Source: Hyphochytrium catenoides (taxonomy: Eukaryota; Protista; Hyphochytriomycota). From it: a DNA stretch of 64,000 bases. Within the stretch, counting starts at the first letter, position 1; each line of letters starts with the position of its first letter. Below, piece after piece: positions 38,955 through 50,664 of the stretch. The stretch covers positions 1 to 64,000 of the forward strand of contig FLMG01002522.1 of the NCBI GenBank assembly GCA_900088475.1, read 5' to 3'. The translations under genes and the position numbers were made by a program. Below the pieces are notes generated by a model that was given only the letters and a program-made list of their open reading frames with translations, was not told where the DNA came from and did no database searches.

Positions 38955-40630
38955 TTACGGAATATTGGAGGCCAGAGTCCGCGAGACGAGCTCCTTCGTC
39001 AAATCGACTGGAAAATCGACGGCTGTTAGCCCTAGAACAACCAGCTTTGCTACAATCGGCTCTTGGAGTGTCTTCATGGTCTGTGACACCGTATACCGCA
39101 CAATGCGACCAAGAAAAGAGTTCAGAAAGGTGATGGCGGCCGCATTTCTTCTTCGCATTTCCTCCTCCGAGCAGCCCGCAGAATCCGTCAGCATAAGCTG
39201 CTTCTGCTCTTTGAATCCATGGCCAGTGACTTCATGTGCTTTCGCCCTGCAGTTGTAGAGCCTGAATCTTGAAACTCCTTCTGCTCAAAGAGATTGCGAT
39301 AAGTAGGGATTTGAGAGGCAAAAGGCAGTAGGTGGTTGTCAGCAGCACGCAAACAGTAGGAAAGGTAGTCAGACGACAAGGGACGCATAAGGATAGCAGT
39401 ACTGGAGAACAAAAGCAGTCGAGGATTATCTCGGCCACTTTCTTCTAAACCTAACCCCTCACTCAGTCTCCTTATCTTCTCTTCTCTATGTTCTTTCGCC
39501 CGCTTCCCATGTATCCTTGGTTGATGTCGTTGCTGACCTTACCAATGCTAAAGAGAACTTGCTTCGTATTGCCCTCGTCGCACAGAACCACTTTATCGGC
39601 GTCTGCAACACTACACAGTCTCATCAAACCCTCCAGGGGAACAGCGTCATGCATAGAGGGACCAGGACAGCACCAGGCAGGCGTTTGAATGAACTTGTTT
39701 TCAAAGTTCCAATGCTTAGGACTGACTCTATCTTTGTCGAAGAAGCAGCCATCGAGGTCAATGGTCCCGAGGTTCAGCACGACACCGGCAGAGGCCCTAA
39801 CAAGCCCTAAGCTCTTCGCTCTGATAGCTAAAGAGATGGAGGTGCCAAGCGTTAGATGGCCACCATCCCATTGAATGCTAACATTATAGAGACAAGACTG
39901 GGCCATTTCGGCATTGTATAGCGCAGCTGGAGCGGCCGTCCATGGCCCTCCGTGCCACGAGTATTCCTGTACGCCAACGAGACTCCCACCTCGCATACCG
40001 AGATAGCCATAGTTTGCTATGCTATCTGAAGAAGCCGTTGGTCTCCGTTGCACGGAGACCGTGATGTTTACCAAATACAAAGCAGCGCGGTTCTCGATGC
40101 GCAAGACTGTGCCACCATCCCCTCTGCAGAGCTCCACATTTCCTTTCTCAGCTACTACTGAAACGTTGATCCCATCTTTGATTTCCAGGGGCCTGGTCAA
40201 CAGAACCTTCCTAATGCTACTATGAAGAGTGAGTTTCAGCTGCGTTGCGGAGGAAGGTGAGAGGGATGAGGCAAGACTCAACGCTTCCCTTAGGGTGCAC
40301 TGTCGCTTGCTTTGACAAGTGCCACTGATACCGTCACCATCGAGAGTGACCGGTACCTCGACAGCTGCTTCTTGCACGCGAAAGACAAGGGAAACCGACG
40401 TACGCACAAGAGAGAAGAAAGTATGATGGAGTGGGTGAGAGCCTCTTATCTTATGTGCATCAGCATTAGAGGATTACAAAGACAGAGATAGTCAGAAGTC
40501 AGGGCACGATAACACAGACAAGGAAGAATGAATGAGATGACTTTAGACTTAAGCCAGCCCACGTACCTGCCAAGAGCGCCACTTGTAAAGAGAGCGAGAG
40601 GAGCCACGCCCAGAGACCTTTTGACGGCAT
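38955..40630 (-). CDS. Secreted protein with an N-terminal CSLREA-like motif and a probable beta-helix; 3' end uncertain
   Basis: Exon 1 (40630-40567) encodes signal peptide MPSKGLWAWLLSLSLQVALLA and splices in phase to EAAVEVPVTLDGDGISGTCQSKRQCTLREAL. Probable intron 39542-39281 joins the 38955-39280 frame. Confidence 0.6.
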
Positions 40631-41736
40631 GTCTGTTGGCGTTTCTGATGAAACTTATTAAGGATGTTGGCTAGCGAAAGACCAAAACCTCGATTTAAGA
40701 GCCACTTCTAACTGGTTTCTCAGCATAACCCGAATTCTGTCCGGGTCCAGAGATTTAGGCCGCCGTTCCCCACCTAAGGCCTTTTGAAGGCAAGTTGGAC
40801 GTACGGCTTGGTAGGCATTTTGGCTACAATGAGCTTCTACGTCATTGGGCGGTCAGCGAAAGGGTTTTTGGCGAAGAAGGAGGCGTCCAGCCAGTAGCTT
40901 CGCTCTGTGCGTGTGCAATGGAGTTTCCAGCTCCTCCAACAGCCAGGTTGGTAGAGAGGAGAAAGTACTATCTTTATATAGCCCCCAGCTGTCCCTCTAT
41001 GAAATGATGGCTACTACCTCCGACCTCTTGCACTAATCGTTCTCACCAGGCCTCACTCTGCGGAGTCCTTGTCTCTCTCCTCATCCCGATCCTGCTCAAT
41101 GGCTCTGCGTTCCGCGCCTTCCTTGAACACCTCATCGACGCTGCGACCTTGTTGTTGGATAATAAGCTGGATGCTGCTGCTGCTGCTGCTGCTGCGCCGC
41201 CGGCCGCAGCTCCCTACTATCAGTGTCCTGCCTGATGATGCTCTTGTTGGCCCTGCCTTGAAGGAAGGAGGAGGAAGGAAGATGTGTGCCCAGAAGAGGC
41301 GAAGCGACACTCTGTCTGTCGCCTTCTTCAGGGCAAGTCCAAGGTCCAAGTATATTAAGGTCCAAGTACTTCTATATTGTACCTGGTAAACTGTACTGTT
41401 TTATGAGGCGGAGTAACTAACCACCCCCACCCACCGGCTTTACATAACTAACAACGTTAAATCTGGTTGATAGGTCTTAGCTTAACCCCACCCACACGTC
41501 CAAAGGTAATCGCGAAATTGGTAAGATAGTAACTAGATAGTAGTTACTTATTGAAGTATGTAACGCCGATTAGCGGCGCCTTCTAAAAGGATGGAAGGCG
41601 CTCACATTCTATGAAGATTGTCAGACTAGAGAGGCTCAATGAAAATTATTGCCTCTTTCTCATGATGCTGCAAAGCCAGATCCGCTGGGATGAGCTGCTG
41701 ACGAAGAGCTTGCCTTCATTTCCTCCACAGAGAGCC

Positions 41737-44700
41737 ATGGCGCCGCACGGTAGTCCAAAAAAGGCTCCAAGCGACCACGGCACTTCAACTTTGACTGAGG
41801 AGGAAGCACAAGTGCGGTCTCTTCATCACCAGACGCTGCCTCCTGCTGTACCGGAGAGTAACTTCGCTAAAATCCAAGAGCTTAAGGCTAATCGCAGACT
41901 TAAGCAGGATGGAGCACATAGGGATTATGAAGCCTTTATCTCTGAGCTTAGCGGTGGGGATTTGTGCCTTGCTTATTCTGTGGTCTACATATGATGATCC
42001 CCTCTCATCGTCTTTGCTCCTCTCTTCTCGTAGATCCTACTAATATGCTGCTTATCTTGAGTTACCTTTCCCGCTCCTGTCCGCTCCTGTACGGTCTTTT
42101 ACTGCAGTGGTTCTTCTCAAACGCTCTCTAATGAAACAATTTGGTTACAAGTTGGCTCTCTGACGTGGTTTTTCGCATTGTATGCAGAGAAGCTGGAGGA
42201 TGAGATTATCAAGCAGGCGGACAGCATCCGGGACCAGTTGGACAGCGCTGACAAGCAACTCGCTCGGCAATTTCAAAGTGTGGAAGACGAAGCCGTGCTG
42301 GTTAGCAAGGATTATGAACTTCTCGTCTCTTTATGGCTGGAGATTGAGCAATTTTGCAAGAACCGAACCGCTGCGATCTCTCACTTTGGAGACTCCTTGG
42401 AGCAGATTGAGGAAGTGCGTACACTTTAGTCATTGTTCTACCTAGCGCTCGATCACCTTATCATCTTTTGCCGCCCTATTGTCTTCTCGCTGCTCGTGTC
42501 TCGCTGACTTCAATGTTTGACCCAGTGCACCCTTTCTCGCTAATTCACATACATGGCCACTACTCGGGGTACACATAACTTTCCCTCTCCTCTTGGCCCA
42601 CCACGTCTTCTTTCTCTCCTGAATATCTTTCCTTTTGTTTCTCCCTGTGTTATCTTTATTTCTGTTGTGTCTCTCTCTTCTCTCTGTCTCTCTCTCTGCG
42701 CGCTCTTTCTCTCCCTCTCATGTGTGTTTCCTTGCCGCACCCTCCCCCCTCTCTCTCACATTCTGTCCAACTGGCTCTCGACGGCTTCCAACACACTCTA
42801 ACCGTTCTGTGGCTACCAGTCTCGCAGCAGCCAGGCCGAGCAGCAGCTACGCCGAATGGCGATGGTACTTCTCTATGACTCCGCCATGCGCCCAACAGAA
42901 GCACAGAGGGTCTTGGAGACCGAGATCTGCGAACTGAACCTTGTTCTCATCAGCAACAGAAAGTCAGATTAGTCCACCTCTTTGTCATGCTCCGCTCTCT
43001 CTTCTGCGCTCTAGTGAGAATGCTACCTCGCAAACTTATCTTTCTCACTTATACGCTTTTTCGTCTCTCTATCAGAGCAAACAAAGCTCTGCGAGTTTGC
43101 CTCAGGCCGCGGTCTTCTACCAGCCCTTTCAACCCCACTCCTTCCAGAAGCTTAAACCTTCAATGTCGTGTACCCACTGCATTCTCTCTTAGATTCCTCT
43201 CCACTGAGCATCAGCTTATTTCCCAAAGCCATTGATGGCCTGTAATTTCTCTTCGTTACCCTCACAATGATTCTCTCCGCAGATCGTATGCTGAGCTTTT
43301 GAGCCGCATGTTTGCCAAGGATGTGCTCGTGCTGGCGGACTGTAGGAAAAAATGGGAAGACATTGTAGTCAAATGGAGGAACTTGAAGCATGAGACAGCG
43401 TTTCACCGTTTCCGCTCGGACCTGGAAGGAGAGGAATACACTGATCCGAAAGAAAGAAGAGAAATATTGCAGGACTTCAAGGAGAAACAGAAACAAAGAC
43501 ATGAGGAGATACGGCTCACTTCCTTTCGCCAATTGGGGCAGCTCTCATCTGAGTCCCTTTCGGAAGAAACCGTCATGAAGGTGAACAAGGTGTTAGAAGA
43601 GCTGAGAGAAATAGAAGAAGAGGAGAGCGGGATTGTATTCAAGAAACTAGAGGGCTGTAATGCACTGATGCTGGAGAAGATGGGGAAGAGGAGAGAGGCA
43701 CTCAGAGCAGAGTTGCACCGGTACGGTGCCCTATTCCCTATTCCTGACGGACTCACGCTGCAAAAGGAGTATGCAGGTATTACCTTGTGGCTGAGTCTTG
43801 GCCGCAGCAGAGGCGGCAAGCTCTCTAGCTTGAGTCAGTTCGTTGTCCCTTCTTACGTCCTCATGACTGACTATGCTTGACAATCGCAAATCTTCTCACC
43901 GCGTGTATGACACTAGTCTCATCTGGGTAAATGCCACACGTTATTTCTCCTTCCTTCCGTCTTTGCTGTCCGTTGGACTGTCGCGGTCACGCTGAATGAC
44001 TCACAGGCCGTAGTAGCGTTTATTACTTTTTCGGTTCCTTGAGGGTTGTCCCTTTGTTGTTAGATCCTCTTATTATCCTACTACCCTGGTCCGTATCTCT
44101 CTCCAGCATTGATGCAAGACGAAAGCAACGAAGAGTTCTTCAGAAAGAGTGGAGGACTAAAGAGCGAGCTGAAGTTTATTGAGGAGAAGCTCGGCTCTCC
44201 TAACCTTATTTATGACGAGGAGGTAGGCGGCGATCGGGGAGGGACAAATTAGGAACCGAGGAGACATAAGGGAGAAGAGAGCTGGAGAATAAGAACCAAG
44301 AAGTGGAAACTATGGAAGGCTTGACTTGGGGATTCACCGACAAGAGACCGATTAGAACTCTCATTTACGCTTCTCCTTCCTTACTGTCTACAGACAATCA
44401 CGGTTCTGGCTCGCATCTCTCTTCTGGAGTCTTCGCTGGGGCTCTCTCAGATGCTCGAGGAGCAAGGGAAAAGCAGTTTGAAAAAAGTTCTCCAGGAAAC
44501 TCTAGAAAAGATGAGGACAGCTCACAAGGATGACGTGGGCGGGATCAGTCAGGCTCTGGACTCACCGCTGTCACTTCTCATTGAGATCAACGGCCTTGCC
44601 GAGAACGTCCGAACCGAGTTTAAAAAGGTGATTTTCTTCAGTTCAACTATCCTGCCTTTCATTGCCACCTCTCTTGTCTTCATCGTAGGTCCATCTTTGA

Positions 44701-47700
44701 TCATTTACCTGTCAGGTGCTTCATTTAGCGCCGTAAAATTGACCTTTCTCTAAAGCGCAGAACCACTTATTCTCTTATCACCAGCTTGTTAGTGCGACTA
44801 TCATCGTCTGTCTAGTGGGCACCTATAAATTCTTACTTTCTGATAGTAAGAGCTCATCATTCTTCTCTTGATTCTCGCGTTTTCAGCTCCTTGTAGACCT
44901 CCGAGAGTGCCGGGTCGGAGGTGCGGGGGGAGGTAGATCCATGGCAGGCAGTTCCTCGGTGGCTACAGAGCAGCTTTCTCGCCTGAGAACTGTTCAGCGA
45001 AGCCTCGGTAGCCTTCTCGCATCATCCGAGCTGACAGAGGAGTGGAAAAGAGCAGTTAGGCGTGGGAAGGAGGTGCTAGAGCAGCAGCTGGAGGCGAATA
45101 AGGTTATTGACAGGGTGGTGCAGGAGCAATGCCAGGAGGTCATTGAGAAACGAGCAAACGAGCAGAGAGACTTGCTTAAAGCTTTTGGGATTGCTCTGGA
45201 TCAACAGGCGGTCATGCTCCATAGAAGTGCTGAGAAGGTGATTTTCTGTCCACCTGTCATAACTTTACTGGTCCAACACCTCGCTCTCCAGCGGGCCGTC
45301 CAGAGGCCTGACGTCCTTGTGATATCTTTATTAGGGTTAAGCTTTAAGTTCTAATTCCCCGGTGTGATAAAGTTCCTCTTAACAACTAACAAAAGTGTAG
45401 CCTGGCCAGTACACTGATTGTCTTCTCTCTTTCTTTTTGCAGCGCTAGTCAGTTGCTTGCGATCCTCCGTTTCTAACATCCCCTTGTCGCTCATGCAGAT
45501 CACAAGCTTCTATCACTCGCTGTCTACTCTCCTCTCGTCTCACAGCAAGGAAGTCATTCACAATGACGAGGAAGTGAAGGATAAGCTATGGGACCTTGAT
45601 ATCTCCTTTGACGAAGAGAGGAAGAGACAAGAGACGGCTTATTCTACGGCCCTTGCTCTTCTCCGGCAGTCCCCAGATGACACGGCCCTTGAAAGACAGT
45701 TCACAGTCTGTCTATCTCTGTTGGATGATATAGAGAAGTTCTACCGCAACCACGCTGAGCAAGGTAAGACCCTTGACTTCCTGACCGCAGCCTCAATTTT
45801 CTTTGTCAGCAGTACCTTGGGCAACTCCTGCGTAGCAAGAGTAGCCGGCCCATGTTTCCCAATTCTCCTTCTTCTGTCTTTCTCTTCTCTTTCTCCCTCA
45901 ATCTCTCTCTTGTCTCTGTCTTTCCTTGCTTTCCTCATAAGTTGGGCCCTGTCGTCCCATATCGTTGTCTTTGAAGTTGAGACGCCACCTCGTCCTTATT
46001 TTCTTCTTGTGGTCCTCCTGAATGTTTTTCTCTGTCAACCTTTACCTTAATTCACCTTAACAAGCTTTTCTCCGCCTCCGCGTGACCACACGGGTAACTT
46101 CATCAGGCGTCAAATACTCCGAGGAACATCCGATGGTCCTGTCAGATATAGAGACTCGCTTTGAATTCCAGATACTGAAGCACTTCCGTCTGCTACTGCC
46201 TTCGGAACAGTCAACAGGGGCGGAGGAAAGCAAGGAAAGAGACAGAACTCTCGCCATGACTCGGAGCTCTCCTTCTGTTCTTCCTTCCTCATCCTCCCTT
46301 GATGATACCCAAGGTCGTGCTGCCGCCCCTGTGATTCCTGCAAGCGCAGCGGCTATTGCAGAAGCGCAGAGCGTCCCTGCCGGGACTTCTCCTTCTTCCT
46401 TATCGTCTAAGGAGAGAGAGAGAGGACAGAAAAGGAGGCAAAAGGGAGAGAAAAAGCTTGCCCCACCTTCCTCACCTCGATACATTACAAAGGCCGGAAG
46501 AGCATACAAGGAACTTCTAACCTGCGACGACCTTGCCGCCACGATGGTGAATGTCAGTCCATTTGATGAGGTCGAGGAAGAGAGAGAGAGAATCCTCCTC
46601 GCTCTCTCTTCACCTCCGACAGTCTCAACCTTGAGTGATGTTTCTACGTCACCCTCTTCCCAGCCAGCTACAGAAGCATCCGCTGTTCCCGCTCCTCCTC
46701 AAGAACCGTCTATGCTGCCTGTCCCTGTTGGTCCAAGGTTGGCTGGGAATGAGGGTCAAGAATCAAAGGGAGAGAATGCCCAGCTGGGAGGAAGCATATC
46801 TTCAAACGTCATCTCTCCAGAGGAATTGGAGAAAGTATCGGCAGCGCTTTCTTCGGAGAACCAGGCCGTCAACGCTCCTCTTCCTAATACTCTATCTATA
46901 ATCACCACCGAGGAAGACACCAAGTCCAAGCTCCCTCCTTTCACTCCTCCGACTCCGTTTGAGCTTCAGGTCCCTACGACTGGGGCTGGAGAGACCTGTT
47001 CTCCTTGCTTTCTATCTCTTTCTCTTCCTTTAGAGGAGCTCAGTGGCATGCTAAGACGGATCAGGGATGAGGTGATGACAAAAATGGAAGAGTTCTCGGC
47101 CTCCCAGATAATGGAGAGTCATCGCCTCTGTGCTGAGCGAAAGGGAGAATATGTTCTGCAGCTGGAGGAGAGACTGAGGAAGCACTGGCCGAGAAAGGGA
47201 AGAACTGACGTCAAGTTCTATCAGGTAAGAGAGAGAGAGAGAGATGCGATAAGAAGAGATGCTGTCTGAAAGGAGAGATGCTGTCTGAAAGGAGAGGGAG
47301 CGGTGAAAAGGCCCAAGGGCCAGATATTGTCGTCAACAGCGGTAGACCTGATAGGAGCCAGATGTCTGTAGTGGCTCGCGCCAATTGAACCAGTTCCTGC
47401 TGAGAATTTTGATGGGCAGAAAAACAATACCTCTCTACGTAGCACCCTCGGCTCGTTCTGATACATAGTGTAGCTCGTATGAACTGGCAACCCTCTCGCG
47501 TTCTCTCCTCCCCCGTTCTACCTAACCATACACAATTAACGCTTGCTGTTTATGTCTTTACCTGGACTTCAGCCCCGTCTCGGAGAGCTTATCACGCACA
47601 AGCAGCGAAACAATCGACAGCTGCGGGCGCTTGCAACAAAAGATCAGGCGCTGGAGGAACGTTTTCAACTGCTTTTGATGCAAGGCGAAGAGGACGTGGA

Positions 47701-50397
47701 GAACTATTTCACTGCACATTACACGCTGATGGCCTCTCTCCCTATGCAGAACAGCCTTGCAGCTTACCAAGGGTAAGTGGTCTTGAGAAGGACGAGGAGA
47801 AGAATGGGGATAAGAGATAAAGTGGAGAAGACGAGACAGTCATGCTCATGAAGACGGGAATGGCTAGGAGAAGAGGGACAGCATGGTTGGCAGACATCTT
47901 ACCTTCCCCGTCGTGCTATCCCGTTGAAGGCTAGAGAAGAAGGCAAAGAATGCGAAGAAAGCTTTCGAGGATGGGCTCCTGTCTCTTTGCGCAGATCTTG
48001 AAGTTCTGGCTGTACAGGAGCCACTCTCTCTCGTGCGCTCAGTAGAGGAATTTGTTAGTGGCTGTGAGAAACAGACTTTCCAGCTCATGCAGAAGAGGAC
48101 AGACGCGCAAGCAGAAGACTTGGAGAAAGACGGAGAAGCGGATGAGAGAGGAGGAGGAGATGCAGAGGGCTTTGTCTTCACTGGGGATTATAACAAGGAG
48201 GAAATTGAGAGGATCAGAGAGATGATGAGGAATGCGACAGAGGAGATAATGGCAAAAGGGAAGTTAAGGTGCGGATCCATTCTGAGAGGCATTGATGCTT
48301 AGTCCTTTCGTCATATTGTTGCCGGCCCCTCTCTAGTTGTCCAGTCCAGCTGTCTCCTTCTTCTTCTCCGTCTGCATTGGTTGCTCGGCATCGGGTGTTC
48401 GCACTGCTCTCAGTCTCGGAGTCCTGGCTCAAGTCTAACCAACGCTCTTTCCGCTCACCGATGGCTACACTCCTTCTCCCAAGACTCGAGAAGATCTCCT
48501 CGCTTAGGTCTAGAGCATCAGAAGCCAAGGAGCTAATGACAAGCTTTCAGGCGCGGTTGGACACATGTGTGCAGTCTCTCTCCATGATAGAAGGACTGGG
48601 TCAAAAGTATGGAGCCCCCAGGCGAAGAGCTGGAGAAAGGCTTAGAAGCGAGATGACACGGTGTGATTTCACTTTGAAGGAAGTAGAAGAGCTTCTCTCT
48701 CATCTGCAGGCATTGGTTGACTTAGACCAGGCCAAAGAGGGAACAGACGGCGCCGGTGCGAAAGCCGCGAGTGTTCAGCTCAAAGAAGAGGAGAAGGTGA
48801 TGGCTATGCCTATGCCGCCTGACTTCCTAGGAAAGAAGGTCCGCTCTCTTCCTCTGTCGCAGCGAATTACGATCATTCTGGTACAATTGCATCAGCGGAC
48901 TCTAGATATGGCCAAATACTTTGGCGCTCTTTCTCCCTCTCTGCCCCTCTCTCTCCTTTCGCTGTCTCTCCTACCGCAAGAAGGCGTTAGCCTCTCTTCG
49001 TACCAAGAAGAGTGCGCTTCCTTGCAAGCGGATCATACTTTTGAGCAGGTTACCAGTGAGATATTAGACAGCTGCAAGTCAGACACCCTCTCTCTCTTTA
49101 AGCAGGAAGGAAAGGAAGACGAGCTTCCCGATGGAGATATTCCTCCTTCTCTCCGCGCATACCTGGAAGATCAGAAGAAGCACTCTCTCGCCTTCCAAGA
49201 TAATGCTAGAAAGAAGCTACGGGAACATGTAGATTGGCTGCAACAGCTCCTCCTCTTCTGTCCTTCCATGGCCCTGGATGACCTCAACAAGCGCTACTTA
49301 TCTCTAGCGAGAAGCCAAGGGGAGAAGAGTGAGAAAGCGTTCAAGCAGAAGTATGAAGATCTAGAGAACCGAAGACAAAAGCACAACCTGTCTCTTCGCC
49401 CCCAGCTAGCCGCCCCACAGGCAAAGGCTCAGCTACAAGCGCTGGTGGAGAAGGAAACAGAGCGGAAGAAGTCCGCAGAGAAGCTGATTCTGGAGTACAG
49501 AGAGCTAGCCTTGAAACAGGAGGCTGGCGCTCTCTCCGCTTATGAGCCTAACTTCATTGGCACTTTTGCGAACCTAGTGCAGCTGCTGGACAAGACCCTG
49601 ACGAGGTAAGCGACAGGTTTATGGGGCCGGTCTATCCTGCTTACCTGCCTTGCTCCTTTACTTAACCTCACCGCTGGCTGCTGTCGCGGTCGTCAGTCTA
49701 GGTGGTCACGGTCTCTGCCTTCTTATAATCTGCCTGTTGATACCCTTGTAATCCCTCTTCTCTCGGCAGGATGGACTTTAAGCCTATTCCCGGTGACTCT
49801 GAGCAGCCCGTCAGCAGAAAGAGTCTCAAAAGGCTGCGCAAGTTAGCGAGAAGGACAGGTCTGCACGGCTCACCTTCCAAGGAAGAGACAGAACAAGGCC
49901 GTCACGAAGCAGGAGAAATTCACAAGGAAGACGAGAAGGAGCTTTCCGAGTTCCGCCAGTCCCATAGACAGTGGTCCGGAATCCCTGAGATGGGGAAATA
50001 TAGGGAGCAGATGCAAAAACTTGTGAAGGAGAGTACTCCCAGACCTTCAACTTCCGCATCATCAGCTAGCCGACCACCATCTCCTTCTCTACCGTCTCGC
50101 GAGGCCGTAGATGCACCATCTGCAGCGGAAGAACGCAAAGAAGGCGCCCAGGAACGAGAAAATCTTAGTCAAGGGGTAGAGAAGGTAGGGCAGGCAGGGG
50201 AATGCTCCAGTCACGTTTCGAGCGCTCACCGCCGCCTGATGCGCTCTCGAGACGAACTCTTCTCTTCCTTTGGCTCCAGCGCCGTGGCAAGAGCAAATAT
50301 CCTGAGTCAGGACTGCTCTTCTTTACTAAGCAAGGAGAGAGCGTGGGCCAAAACTTGGTCTCAAGCTGTGCAGTCGTTGACTGACAGCGCTAACTAA
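41737..50397 (+). CDS. CCDC180: Coiled-coil domain-containing protein 180 (cilia/flagella protein CFAP76; DUF4455 + DUF4456)
   Basis: Long multi-exon coiled-coil protein. LEERLRKHWPRKGRTDVKFYQ|PRLGELITH resembles the CCDC180 'LRLHxPR...YNVRAAELxxH' motif. Also HNLSLRPQLAAP, RKSLKRL and SSAHRRLMRSRD near the C-terminus. Confidence 0.75.
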
Positions 50398-50664
50398 GCA
50401 GAAGATCTGACAGCGCTTACTAAGCAGAATAACCAACAGTGGATATCTAAAGCGTCATAATGGACTGATGATTATCAGCCTGTCCGTCTGAGGAAGTTCT
50501 GAAGATTCAGCAGTAAAGCCCATTAAGAGCTCTGATATCTTGCAACCTATCTCATATTTAAGGTTTATCAGAAGATTAATTAACTAGTGAATGGTCAGCA
50601 TGACCTTGGAGCAGGCCCACAAGGCTCTTCCTTACTAATTTGTCTCTAAACTGCGGTCCCTGCC

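Noticed and set aside
39188-39490. Apparent frameshift (GAGAA duplication) suggesting the CSLREA-like gene is a pseudogene
   Set aside because: A phase-compatible intron (GTAAGG at 39542 to CAG at 39281) removes this region.
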